Source: Tubiluchus corallicola (taxonomy: Eukaryota > Animalia > Priapulida). From it: DNA of 64,000 nt. The translations under genes and the position numbers were made by a program. Under the pieces are notes generated by a model, which saw only the letters and a list, made by a program, of their open reading frames with translations, was not told where the DNA came from and did no database searches. The stretch spans positions 1-64,000 of the forward strand of contig JAQGDQ010000348.1 in NCBI GenBank assembly GCA_030141605.1, in the 5' to 3' direction. Positions 51,503-64,000 of this stretch are shown here, piece by piece. The first letter of the stretch is position 1, and each line of letters begins with the position of its first letter.

Positions 51503-52306
51503 ATGTGAGGTGGCGCGAAAAAAAGTGCCCAAGTTTTGGATACGATATTTTGATTAAGAAAAAAATAGCGAAATCGCTTGAGAAATACCACACTGATGTT
51601 GCATACGATTATGTGTAAACATCAGAAACCTTAGGTCATCCTCCAATATTTTCCAAAGACACAAACGTTTTAAATTAGCAAATCAAAACAATAAATACCA
51701 GAAAATATTTTGTACGTCACTATTACTAAAATTTAAAGTGCAACTATAGCAAGTTCTCAATGTGTCCATCATTTTCAATGCAAGCTAGACGCTGCCATTT
51801 CTTCTAAAAGCTTATACTGTTTCTTAATTCTTTAGAAGGGATATTTGGCATCAGCACCCAATAATTTTTGTTTTCAGTTCCTCTGGATCAAACAGATCTC
51901 TGCAGCCATTACACGCTCTCTGTTTAAGGAATCCTAGATATCGTAATCCAGAGGATTAATCCCATTTTTTCCTGACCACAAATCTTTACCAGTGCCTTAT
52001 CTTTTGTGGTGAGGACCATGCAGTACGCTGATATTGTTTCACTGCCATGTATTGAGTGCTTTGTACTTTAACGTGGCTGTTTTTTTTCAGCTAGTGATTA
52101 GCTGACATTATTACGACATTCAATTTTCTACAAGCAAAAGTTTTTTTGTCATAACTTTAAAGCTGCTAAAGCCACAAGCTTGTAACTTTCTCAACCAAAA
52201 GCTCGTGTACTGCGACATCGACGTGTAAAATTGCAGCTTTGTTGATCACTTGCTTGTAATAATAATGTGGTCTAAACTTCGGCACATTTTTGCACCACCC
52301 GGTATA
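51503..52306 (-). mobile_element. Decayed Tc1/mariner transposon
   Basis: Minus strand at 51905-51960 reads INPLDYDI*DSLNRERV (DLNPLD..W motif). Imperfect TIRs ggtggcgcgaaaaaaagtgcccaagttt and aaacttcggcacatttttgcaccacc. Confidence 0.6.
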
Positions 52307-52879
52307 TAACAATGTTTGTATTGTAAGCAACATCATTCGATTGAGCTTTGCGAGTCGCCAAAATAGAACCAGTTGCAATTGTTCCAAGCATCCCATTATG
52401 ACCATCATTATCAACAACGACGATGACGATAGTCGACTCGTCTCGCAGAAATCCTGACCTACATCACAGCTATGGACTAAACAGGTTCAGCACTAGAGGC
52501 TCACAGCTGAAGAACTTAGCAAGCATCATGATGTTTTCGATCTACCTTTGGCGAAGATGGTAGCGTCCATTGCCAGGGAAGGATGAGTAATTTTGATACG
52601 TATTCAAGAAAAGAGCCGATGATCATCAGTTTAATAACTGTTGATTAAAGATGTGCATATTAAAGGTTTTCATTTCTAAGTAACACAAACTCAAACTGTT
52701 TCACAAAAACTTGATGAGTTCCTGTGTTCGTTAACTCAGTCACTGAGGGATGCAATGAGGCAAACATACCAAGAGACACAGATGCAAAGTACCTCAGCTG
52801 GAAAGTTTCCCATCTGTTATTTTGCAAAGTACAAAACCTTTCATAAAGAAAAATTACTGTAACTTTAGTACTAAACCTC

Positions 52880-55560
52880 TACTTTAGTTAAACATTGGGT
52901 AGCATTGGAGGCTGCAAGCAGTGACTAGCAGCATCCAAGAAGAACTCGTTTCAAGCAAGCTCCTCCTCCGTGCGATCCAGTCTTGGTCCCAAAGAAGCAG
53001 ACAGAGCTTTGGCAGGGAGCACCTCATCCCTCCAGAACAGGAAAGGGCAGAACAGGTTAAATCAACAAGCTGTTCAATGCCTCCACCCTTTCCCTGAAAT
53101 GAAAAGGGAGAAGGTTGGGTTTGAGCTAACAACCCATTCCCATAAAAAATAAGGTCCTACAGAAACCAATGATACTCAAATATCAATCCAATCTGGGGCG
53201 GTTACTGCTCGCAGCCGTCAAAAGAAGAAGTGGTGTGGACGGCAGGATGACGGTGTTCAGTCAAAGCCTGCAGGAAACGCAGGTCCCGACTAGGTCTATA
53301 GTAACCCCCAAGACATGTATGTAATGTAACGAAAATGTGTGCTACAGGAGTGACAGCTCAGGTGGCACGCGAGACGGAGAGGTATGGAGTAGCAAATGCA
53401 GATGGATTGGATTGGCAAAGATGAAACTGAACACGGGATAGATGGTTATACATGTTAGTGAGAAAGACAAACACAGAAGTGGAGTGGCAACAATGATGTC
53501 ACAAAGTACATAGAAGAGTTCCATGAAGTCGAGACCAGTGTCGAGCCGAACAATATGCTCAAGGTTTTATTCAGCATACAGGAAGGTTACATTCATACAT
53601 TGGTATATGCACCAAAAAATGTTGCCAATGAAGAAGACAAAGATGTTTTTATGGCAAATTACAGGAAATAATAGATGAATGTAACAGGAATGACACAATA
53701 GTGTTGACGTAGGATTTCAATGAAAAGGTTGGTACCGATAGCAATAATGGAAAACCTATTACGAGAAAACATGAAATGAGTGAAATATCAGACACTGGTG
53801 AATGATAGTGCGAGTTAGCAGTTATGAATGGACTAGTAATAACAGGAACATTATTTTCACACATATAGGTGCATAAAACCACGTGGACATCACCAGATGG
53901 GCAAACTGAAAACCAGATTGACCATGTGCTAGCTCCAGGACAAATGCAATCATCGGTACTGGACACAAGAGCAATGATGGGAGCTGATGCTGGTATTGAT
54001 CACAGTCTAGTGAGGTCAAAAATGAGGTTGAAGTAAATGAGGGCTACACACAGTGATAAGATCAGATAAAAGTTGCATTTGATGATGGTGATCCAAGTCA
54101 GAGGATGGTGCAATAAAGGGGAAGTATATTTTGGAGATGAGGAACAATTTCCTGATTCTGGAGAGCCTAGTCGAATTAGAGGAGCTGAGCTACAAGACTG
54201 AACATGTGTACATGAACATGGCAGAGCCAATTCTTGGAAGGGCAAGGAGAATAAGCCATGGTTTGGAAGAGAAACATGGAGGCAAGTACAAGAAAAGAGA
54301 GGGATCAAGGAGAAAATCCTGAGAACAAGACTGGAGAGGACAAGACAGAGGTTGGCAGAAGAATACGTTGAAAAGGAAGAGATAGAGCATGTGTAGGTCA
54401 GAGAAGAAATTGATTGTGGAAGTAAAGAAAGAACTAGGTCAAGGTGACGCTATGCAAGACGAATTGTGGCAAGGCACCTGGTGCAGATAATGTGAGCATG
54501 GACTTGCTGAAGGTAGATGTAGAAGAGACAAGCAGGTGGTTAACACATACGTTCAATTTAATATAGAGGGAAGAGAAGGTTCCAGAGAACTGAAAGAAGG
54601 GACCGAAAGAAGGGGATATGAGGGATTGCAACAACTGGCAAGGAGTAACATTGTTGAGCAAGACAAGCAAGATCTTCAGAAAAATACTCATTCATAGGAT
54701 GAAGAAAGGAGTAGAAAAGGCAATGAGGATGGAAAAAACAGGATTCAGAATGGACGGCATGCGACCAGATCATAATTTTAAGGAACGTAATAGAACAGGC
54801 AAATGAACGGAATGCTTCTGTAAACATACATTTTATTGATTTTGAGAAGGCATTTTATTCGGTACATAAAGAGAGCTTGTAGAATATCCTTGAACGATCT
54901 GGCGTGCCAGTGAAGATGAGAAGGCTGATCAGGCAGGTGTATGATGGCTTTAAGTGTGTGAAGGTAGTAGAAGAGTTCGTGTATTTAAAAGCAACGATGT
55001 CAATACTTGGTGGAGGAACACAAGATATAATAAGCAAGCTAAGCAAAGGAAGGGAAGCAACTGGAAGCTTGGCAAGATTTGGAGAGCAGGAAGCATTGAA
55101 GCAGAAACTAAAATAGAATTATTCAAAGAGCTGGTGAAGTCAGTGTTAACGTATGGAAACGAGACATGGAAGACAACAAAGGCAGAGAAAAAGTAACTCG
55201 ATGCATTCCAGTTTAAGTGCCTGAGAAAGATACTAAGGATTAGATAGCAGGATCCAATGGCTGATGACAAATTAGGAGGTGGCAAAGAGGGGACAAATGA
55301 ATGCAGTGGGTGATGTGAGTGAGTGAATGCAGCTACTTAAAAGGAGGTGGAATTGGATCAAATATATCTTACGGAGAGAAAATGAAAATGATTGGGAGGT
55401 AGTGATAGAATGGACAACAGAAGGAAGAAGGGCAATGGGTAGACCAAGAACAACATGGAGAAGGACAGTAGGGCTTAAGAGGAGTTACACACAATGGAGG
55501 AGTGTCAAGACCTTTTGCCTTGTGGAGACTACTTTACTAAGTGCTAAGTAAGTAAGTAAG
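52880..55560 (+). mobile_element. Decayed RTE-clade LINE (APE endonuclease + RT remnants)
   Basis: HKTTWTSPDGQTENQIDHVL (endonuclease), DCNNWQGVTLLS and FIDFEKAF (RT), WTTEGRRAMGRPRTTWRRTV (C-terminus), (TAAG)n tail. Many stops, frameshifts and internal deletions. Confidence 0.88.
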
Positions 55561-55569
55561 TCATTGTTT

Positions 55570-56240
55570 ACTTGTCTGGTGAATTGTGCAGTTCACGTGT
55601 ACAATAAGTCAAGATGCTGAAAACGTTCAATTTTTTGTCAGAAGGGATTTCTACAGGCAATAACCCCTGATTTGCTTTGATAGAAAATAGATAGCATTTC
55701 TGATAAGCTTGTGCAAAAATGTCTACGTTATTAGAGTTTGTTCGCAATCGCACTAGCAAAGTTGAATGGCAAGTTATCACAGATCTGTGACCATGATCAG
55801 GAGGATTTATAAACGGCTGAACTCCATATTGAAGTGGCCACTTCGAAAATTTATCACCTCCCATCCACTTTTACCTATGCAATTGTATCCGTTAACTGAA
55901 GCTGAGGAAATTATGAACAATCGCCCTACTACGTACATTTCTTTACATGTTGACTACATTGTAGATGTGGATTTAGATGTCGATTTCGTCACAATTTATA
56001 CATCACCAGGTACTGCCACTTATGCTAGAGCTTTATTTCATCATGAACGAATTCATTACTGGCACGAATGTCACTTTGTCACAGCAGCTAGAGTTTTGGA
56101 AGAAAGGTCGGCACATCTTACAACGTTTTGGACCAATGGTCAAAGAATACTTGCAGTTTCTATGTGAACATCATATGACTGATTTTAAAACAATACAAGA
56201 TGACGTCAACAGTTTTTGCTGGGAGCAACGATATTGGTTT
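55570..56240 (+). mobile_element. BEL/Pao integrase remnant
   Basis: LTEAEEIMNNRP and FW....EYL-like motifs; frameshifted. Confidence 0.6.
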
Positions 56241-56719
56241 TAGGTTACCATTTTCACTGTGGTGTTTAGCTGCTTATGTTTAGGTAAGATCATGATGTCT
56301 CTACTCATGGTGGTCCTTGACTTCTCTATTCATGGTGGACCTCTCCAGATGGTCTCCAACATGCATAATGCACTTTTCACCCATGAATGGGTTAATTTGG
56401 TATCAGTTACTTGACTTTCCAACATGGTGATCCATCGTCTTTAAAGCTCTAGCGCTAGAACATTCTCTTGTTGTGCATGCCTTGTAATTTCGTGTGACTA
56501 ACTTCATCCAGTTATGAATTTGTCAGTTGAGCCGATTCAGTTAGATCGTCTCCTTTGACTTTAGCTAGAAGTGTTCTCGGTGTCCATGCTGAGAAGGGTA
56601 CATGAACTGAACCACAATCATTCGTTAAGTGGACATAGCTGACAGCTCCATGTGCATATTGTGATGCATCGTAAAGTCGCATGCATCACTAACGGATGCA
56701 CACTTTTTCATGAAGTTTC

Positions 56720-57408
56720 AAGAGACAGCTATAACAAACTAAATAGTCTTCAAAATTATGCATTAAGATTAGTTGCTGGCTATCCAAATAAAACGTCCCT
56801 CGTAACAAATCAAACCTCTGCAGCAGAATTAAGAACAATGTTTAAAATCCCAATTTTACAAGCAAATAAAGACTTCTACACAATCCTGTTTTTATATAAA
56901 TACATCAACAATACTAATAAGCCCTTCATCAAAAATAAGCTTCGACTCCTCTTGGGGCCAACACTAAATCCAAGAACACACAATATTAAACAAATATGCA
57001 CTAATAACAAATACGGCAACAATTCTATCACTAAACAAGGAGTCCAACTCTGGAATACCCTGCCATCAAATTTAAAACAAATGAAGTCTTTTGACGAATT
57101 CAAATCAAAATTAAAAATACATACATTAAATCGTTTTGAAAACCCAACATACGTAAACGATAATATATATTCATCCACAAATTTTATTTACCCACGTCCA
57201 TTTTAAATTATATGTATATATTGTATATAGTGTAATATTATAATGTATATTTTGTTTTAAATTTTTGGCACAGTAGTTTTTAGTTTGCACTGGCCGCATT
57301 TGCCTTTATAACAGTTGCGTGATCTCATGCTGCGATGTTCTTTTACGCTTTTATAGTTGTGAATATCGATTTTTTATGGCAAATAAAGATTGTTATATAT
57401 ATATATAT
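56720..57408 (+). mobile_element. 5'-truncated L2/CR1-group LINE 3' end
   Basis: LNSLQNYALRLV...GVQLWNTLPSNLK...FKSKLK ORF2 C-terminus, AT-rich UTR, AATAAA at 57381 and (TA)n tail. Confidence 0.8.
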
Positions 57409-57428
57409 AATCAGAACTGTACCATCAT

Positions 57429-57713
57429 TGTTACGGTTAACATGCCATTGGCTTGCGTATTACATGATAATTTCAGTGACTCGTACATCTCCCTGCTTGT
57501 TGGCTCGTAATGCTAAAATGATTTCCTGACTTTGTGTATTGAAATTAAGTTTAATCAGAAATTCCCGTTTTTGTGAAGTTAGTAAGTTAGACGTTATATG
57601 ACGTTGATCATCATGATTTACCTAAAGCATCAGCGCTGTCGTCAATGTTCGGTGTTAACATTCAATAAAACGTATTAAATTAGGAATTGTATTTTGTTAT
57701 ATCGATTATAACA
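57429..57713 (+). mobile_element. Possible solo LTR
   Basis: TGTTA...TAACA termini with AATAAA at 57664. No perfect TSD. Confidence 0.4.
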
Positions 57714-57719
57714 ACTACA

Positions 57720-58440
57720 ATAATCACTAGGCTTCACACAACGGCTCATTTTGAAACTCTCTAGAAGTTGGCGTTTGTTTAATTCATTTCTTCTCAGTTG
57801 CATCCTGCAAATTCCAAGAGAAGATGTCGTTTAATGTGACATTCATCTGGAAAAACAATTTTGCTTGCAATACAAATGAACTTACCATTCCCAGGGGATC
57901 GTACAAAGAAGCCAGTGAGCTTAGGACTCCTCGACTGGTGTGAGGATCTACCCATTGTTTTGACTTGGCTTCCAAAAGTGTCGTCTTCACCTTATGGGTT
58001 TTGTCATGACTTGACGTTCATAAGGAGTAGATCATGTGTCAAGTTTGCATTTTGAGCCAGTTTGCCTCTGTGCTCCTCTCGAACTTCTGCCACAATCTCT
58101 CTCTGGTATTGCTGGTCCACTTGGTTAGACAAATACCTCGCTTGTCTTGTAATGCCGTCAAGTAGAAAATCAGGCTTACAGTTTGCTTAACTATATCCAC
58201 GCATTTCAAGCAGTCATAAACATAGAAATTGTGTAATACAGTACTAACTGCCTCGTAGTCGAAGTTGTCTACACAATCTGTTGCTGTGTACCTGGTAGCA
58301 AAGGACGCTACACTCAAGGATCAAAGCCGTCCAAATAAATGGACTGCCATCCTATTAGCTTCTGGTGGTCTATAAAAGTGTCTGTTTGGCCACAAAAGGC
58401 AGCAAAGTCTGTTCTAGGACGGAAGAAGACTTGATGAACC
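57720..58440 (-). mobile_element. BEL/Pao reverse transcriptase remnant
   Basis: HLFG..S, NFYVYDCL (YVDD degenerate), LTKWTSN and RGVLSSLASLYDPLG motifs; broken frame. Confidence 0.85.
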
Positions 58441-58859
58441 AATTTGAAATGCAAAACGTTATGATAACTTGCACTTTTAAAGCTTGCAGGATAAAACTAG
58501 GATCTTTTTAAACGACATCGCAAAACCGCGATATTAGCCTATTAAAAAATCTACGTGCAAAGCATTTTATTAGACGCAGCTCGCACTGCAGGAATATATT
58601 AATTGCTGTTTTGCTATTATACAGGGTGTCTCATAAGTCGCTACACACTTACATTTTCTGTATTTTAACAAAGAAAGTGAAATGTTTGAAAAGTAATACA
58701 AATGAACTAAAACTTTGGACAATTATTTAAGTATTTAAGTCTAATTAGTCAGAAATCTGAAAGGACCTACCGCACTAATAGGTTTAGCTATTTTGCTACC
58801 TTCTACTGGAACCTAAACAGCTTCAACGACCTATCCAAATGGAAAGTAAGTATGTTGAA

Positions 58860-59555
58860 CTGAGAAAGTCCCTCACAGCTCGTGGACAGTGAGGAAGGGC
58901 AGCACCTTGTTCAAAAACGACATTGTTAATAGACAGATAATATTGTGGAACACGGGACAGATGATTATACATGTCAGTGAGGAAGACAAACACAGAGGTG
59001 GAGTGGCGACATTGATGTCACAAAGTGCAAGAAGAGTTGCTTGGAGTCGAGACCAGAGTCAAGCCAAATAATATGCTCAAGGTTTTATTCAGCATAGAAG
59101 AAGGTTACATTGATACAAGTATTTGCACCGACCGTTGAATGTTGCCGATGAAGAAAACAAAGATGCTTTTATGGCAAATTACAGGAAACAATAGATGAAT
59201 GAACAGGAATGACTAAGGTTTAGATAGCAGGAGCTTGTGGCAGATTTGGAGGTGGCAAACAGGGCACAAATGAATTCAGTGAGTGATGAACTCAGAAGGA
59301 GGAGATGCAATTTTATTTGACATGTCCTAAGGCTAGAATGACTGTGAGATATAGCAGTGAAATGGACATCAGAAGGAAGAAAGATGAGAGGTAGACCGAG
59401 AACAACATGGAGAAAGACAGCAGAGGCAAAGAGGAGTTACACAGGATGTTGGAGTGAGGTTAAAGTAACAGCAATGGACAGAAGTTTTTGAACTGGTGTC
59501 GCAGTCTAATGCACCCTCTGGCGTCAAGAGAACTAAATGCCAAGTGCTAAGTACC
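58860..59555 (+). mobile_element. Internally deleted copy of the RTE LINE at 52880-55560
   Basis: 58950-59210 matches 53430-53692 and 59215-59550 matches 55235-55550. Confidence 0.8.
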
Positions 59556-59944
59556 AACAGAAACAGTCAATAGTGGTCTGATGAAGACAGCAATGAACTC
59601 AGTCAGATCATTTAAATGTGTTAGATGACGGGCTCATATGAATGAGACCCAAGTTTCTCGGAAAATACAGGTATTAAAAGCTTGAGTAATGCGGTGAAAT
59701 TAAATTACACAAACGGCATAACAACAGAAATATGTTGAGCTTCAGGAATATACCGATGCCAATTACCGCAGTATTTCTAAATAGGAATAAAGCAACTGTT
59801 TCGCCCAGTGTGAACATCAGCCAGAAACCTGCTGTCTGCAAGCAACACCATTATGCTGTCTGATCCATAAGATGCACTTAATCGCTGGAAAGAACATTCA
59901 TCTATGATTTTGAGATTCAGCAGTAGCCGAGTCTTCCTGAAAAA

Positions 59945-61488
59945 TGTTCCTCGCTTTCGCTACAACTTCGAATGAACGTTTCTTGCTTTCCTCTACAACT
60001 TTGGATGAATGTTCCTTACTTTCCTGTACAACTTTGGATGAATATTCTTCGCTTTCCCGTACAACTTTGGATGAATGTTCTTCGCTTTCCTTTACAACTT
60101 TGGATGAATGTTCTTCGCTTTCCTCTTCACCTTTGGATGAATGTTCCTCGCTTTCCTCTACACCTTTGGATGAATGTTCCTCGCTTTCCTCTACACCTTT
60201 GGATGAATGTTCCTCGCTTTCCTCTTCACCTTTGGATGAATGTTCCTCGCTTTCCTCTACACCTTTGGATGAATGTTCCTCGCTTTCCTCTACACCTTTG
60301 GATGAATGTTCCTCGCTTTCCTCTACACCTTTGGATGAATGTTCCTCGCTTTCCTCTACACCTTTTGATGAATGTTCCTCGCTTTCCTCTTCACCTTTGG
60401 ATGAATGTTCCTCGCTTTCCTCTACACCTTTGGATGAATGTTCCTCGCTTTCCTCTACACCTTTGGATGAATGTTCCTCGCTTTCCTCTACACCTTTGGA
60501 TGAATGTTCCTCGCTTTCCTCTACACCTTTGGATGAATGTTCCTCGCTTTCCTCTACACCTTTGGATGAATGTTCCTCGCTTTCCTCTACACCTTTTGAT
60601 GAATGTTCCTCGCTTTCCTCTACACCTTTGGATGAATGTTCCTCGCTTTCCTCTACACCTTTTGATGACTGTTCCTCGCTTTCCTCTTCACCTTTGGATG
60701 AATGTTCTTCGCTTTCCTCTTCAGCTTTGGATGAATTTTCCTCGCTTTCCTCTACACCTTTGGATGAATGTTCTTCGCTTTCCTCTTCACCTTTGGATGA
60801 ATGTTCCTCGCTTTCTTCTTCACCTTTGGATGAATGTTCCTCGCTTTCCTCTACACCTTTGGATGAATGTTCCTCGCTTTCCTCTTCACCTTTGGATGAA
60901 TGTTCCTCGCTTTCCTCTACACCTTTGGATGAATGTTCCTCGCTTTCCTCTACACCTTTGGATGAATGTTCCTCGCTTTCCTCTACACCTTTGGATGAAT
61001 GTTCCTCGCTTTCCTCTACACCTTTTGATGAATGTTCCTCGCTTTCCTCTACACCTTTGGATGAATGTTCCTCGCTTTCCTCTACACCTTTTGATGAATG
61101 TTCCTCGCTTTCCTCTACACCTTTGGATGAATGTTCCTCGCTTTCCTGTACAACTTTGAATGACTGTTCCTCGCTTTCCTGTACACCTTTTGATGAATGT
61201 TCCTCGCTTTCCTCTACACCTTTGGATGAATGTTCCTCGCTTTCCTCTACACCTTTTGATGAATGTTCCTCGCTTTCCTCTACACCTTTGGATGAATGTT
61301 CCTCGCTTTCCTGTACAACTTTGAATGACTGTTCCTCGCTTTCCTGTACACCGTTTGATGAATGTTCCTCGCTTTCCTGTACAACTTTGAATGATTGTTA
61401 TTCCTTTCCTCTACAACTTGAATGTTTATTTCTTGCTTTCCTCTACAATTTTGATGAATGTTCTTCGCTTTCCTCTAGAACTTTGAAT
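59945..61488. repeat. 33-bp tandem repeat, about 46 copies (TTGGATGAATGTTCCTCGCTTTCCTCTACACCT)
   Basis: Directly visible; homogeneous core with degenerate edges. Confidence 0.97.
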
Positions 61489-61619
61489 AAAATTAATAAT
61501 GTTTAACGATGATGTTCACATGTGCAAATACAGTCTCTGTACAAAGTTCCCACGAGCTGAGAACAGCAGAATGTTCCTTGTTAGTTTACAACCTGAAGCT
61601 CGTGTTTTATGTTTGTTTG

Positions 61620-61994
61620 CTTGCTGTTTACAGAAAATTAAATTCCTTGTTTTTGATTAGGTCGTCGTGAGAAGAAAATCAGAATACTGGTTTAAAGTTG
61701 TATGCGGACCACAGCTGTTGAAGATTTTATTGGTCTTTAATTTACACTGCACAATTGCGTTTAGTACAAGCTCTGTGTGTATTATTATTATTATTATTAT
61801 TATTTATTTTTTATTATAATAATAATAATATACACAGAGCTTGTACTAAATGCAATTGTGCAGTGTAAATTAAAGACCAACAAAGACCAATAATGAGTGG
61901 AACAGCTATGCTCCTCTTACAACCAGTATGCTGATTTTCTCCTCACGACGACCTAAACAAAAACAATGCAATTTAATTTTCTGTAAACAACAAA
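61620..61994. repeat. Long imperfect palindrome centred on (ATT)n/(AAT)n
   Basis: Arms of about 185 bp, e.g. ttggtctttaatttacactgcacaattgc versus gcaattgtgcagtgtaaattaaagaccaa. Confidence 0.9.
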
Positions 61995-61996
61995 AT

Positions 61997-62635
61997 ATGG
62001 GCTTCATGTTCTAACAAATTCCGTGGTCTACTATTAGAGAAACAATGGGCTTCATGTTCTAACAAATTGTATGATTTGTTGTTAGGGAAACAATGGGTAT
62101 CATGTTCTAACAATTCTGTGGTCTGCTGTTAGGGAAACAATGGGTACCATGTTCTAACAACTTCCGTGGTCTACTTTTAGAGAAACTATGGGCTCCATGT
62201 TCTAACAAATTCCGTGGTCTACTGTTAGGGAAACAATGGGGTTCATGTTCTAACAAATTCCGTGGTCTGCTGTTAGGGAAACAATGGGTACCATGTTCTA
62301 ACAAATTCCGTGGTCTACAGTTAGGGGAACAATGGGCTTCATGTTCTAACAAATTGTATGATTTGCTGTTAGGGAAACAATGGGTATCATGTTCTAACAA
62401 TTCTGTGGTCTGCTGTTAGGGAAACAATGGGTACCATGTTCTAACAAATTCCGTGGTCTACTGTTAGGGAAACAATGGGGTTCATGTTCTAACAAATTCC
62501 GTGGTCTGCTGTTAGGGAAACAATGGGTACCATGTTCTAACAAATTCCGTGGTCTACAGTTAGGGAAACAATGGGCTTCATGTTCTAACAAATTGTATGA
62601 TTTGCTGTTAGGGAAACAATGGGCGACATGTTGTA
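61997..62635. repeat. 47-48-bp tandem repeat, about 13 copies
   Basis: Unit TGGGCTTCATGTTCTAACAAATTCCGTGGTCTACTGTTAGGGAAACAA. Confidence 0.95.
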
Positions 62636-64000
62636 CAAAAACTGTATTCCATTGTTAGGTACAAACAGCTCTTGAGAGACACGCACTTTGAAGTCTAGAT
62701 CAGCTAGCAGGCTAGTAAACTCTGGCTAGCTGTGATCACATAATTATGCAAAAATGTATGATTTTAAAGGCATACAGGATAATGTTAATTAGTAATTACT
62801 TAAAACTCAAACAATATGGAATAATGTATATTGAAGATTGAATAATTTACTGGTGTTGAGTCTGCTTTGCAGGCATGACGTGCAACTGACGGAACGCTTT
62901 CCTTTTTATAATCATTAAAAGTAAATGCAGAAAAGAGGAGAGCAAACTTAACCAAGCACACAGAGCTTCTGGAAATGGAACATATGATTTCCAATATACA
63001 AAGACATGACAGTTGCTGCACTAGTCATACTATTGAAGTCGTACTGTTGAATTAATTGACTGGAAAATTATTATGACATAATAAATATGCTAGAAGAATT
63101 CATAAAACAAGAGTACAGACACTATAAATTTAATGAGAAATGTTGTAAATTGACAGTTTGTGGCGATAAATCAAGTGCTGCCATCTGTCACATAAATAAG
63201 AACTGTTAAGAAACAGAAGAAAAATTAGTTTGCCTATCAAAGTAACACTATCTGAAGCATGAAAAAATGGGCAGAGCAATGAAGAACTGTGTCAGGTATG
63301 TGGGGCTTGTTGACGACTTTGGGCTGTTTTAATTTTGGGAGTGGTCAGATCACAATAAACTCGAGTAAAATTGTACTTTTGTGTTAAACTGGTTTAAAAT
63401 TTATTTCGTAGTACATAACACCTATTTTGACGACAAGGATGGAATACATACATACTACAGCATATCAATTGTTTATTTAGACAAATTAATAATCTAGTGT
63501 ATTACAATTCAATTCTAACACAATTGTTAGATACACTAAATAATGAATTTCTCTTGGATATAAAAGCGTTTAATATTGATTATGATATATAATTTATATT
63601 AGCGATTCTTCTGTGCCTATGCAACCTCAGACTGCCAAGATCAAACCACAAATCAGTATATAGTGATTATTTTATTTATTGAACACTTTATAATCATGAT
63701 CACAGTTTTTCTTAGTTCTTGCTCCATTTCATCTTTCATTCACTGCTCCCCCCCACTTTTATGTATATATTATTATTATTTCAATTATTCATCACTTCTT
63801 TAAGATTTCCACGTACAGTTTGGCCTGTCAAGCTATGCTTTTAGGCTCAAACTGTATGCATCAAAATTACACTGTAATGTAATTTGCAGATGTATATGCT
63901 GCATAAGAATCTCTTTCTGGATACTATTGCATTTATATTTATATTTACTTCAGTGAAATTGTCTGTATTTTTATTATAACTGTTAGATGCAGAGTGGAAA

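Noticed and set aside
56652-57206. 184-aa ORF as a host gene
   Set aside because: It is the C-terminus of a LINE ORF2 fused by chance to upstream sequence.
59944-61506. 520-aa and 395-aa plus-strand ORFs (LDECSSLSSTP / WMNVPRFPLHL repeats)
   Set aside because: They are by-products of a stop-free 33-bp repeat that is open in several frames; no unique domain or gene context.

Overview
AT-rich, repeat-dense animal (probably invertebrate) genomic DNA, not prokaryotic. Two protein-coding genes can be built by hand, both on the minus strand. (1) An intronless class A GPCR (4969..3878) with a duplicated N-terminal glycosylation block; its stop codon lies in the first unit of a 33-bp tandem array. 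(2) A 14-exon TTLL4-like ATP-grasp ligase (36121..12366, 578 aa). All its introns are GT-AG, all phases are consistent and the catalytic motifs are intact. The most striking observation is that its inferred first exon encodes a classical signal peptide ([21 protein letters not shown]), replacing the long cytosolic N-terminus of TTLL4. Several substrate-specificity residues are also changed, suggesting a secretory-pathway or extracellular peptide ligase derived from a tubulin glutamylase. The rest of the window is unrelated minisatellites (many inside the TTLL introns), Kolobok-, mariner- and Harbinger-type MITEs, SINEs, decayed RTE and L2/CR1 LINEs, BEL/Pao remnants, a permuted local duplication and long palindromes. 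All assignments come from manual reading and remembered family motifs; no searches were run.
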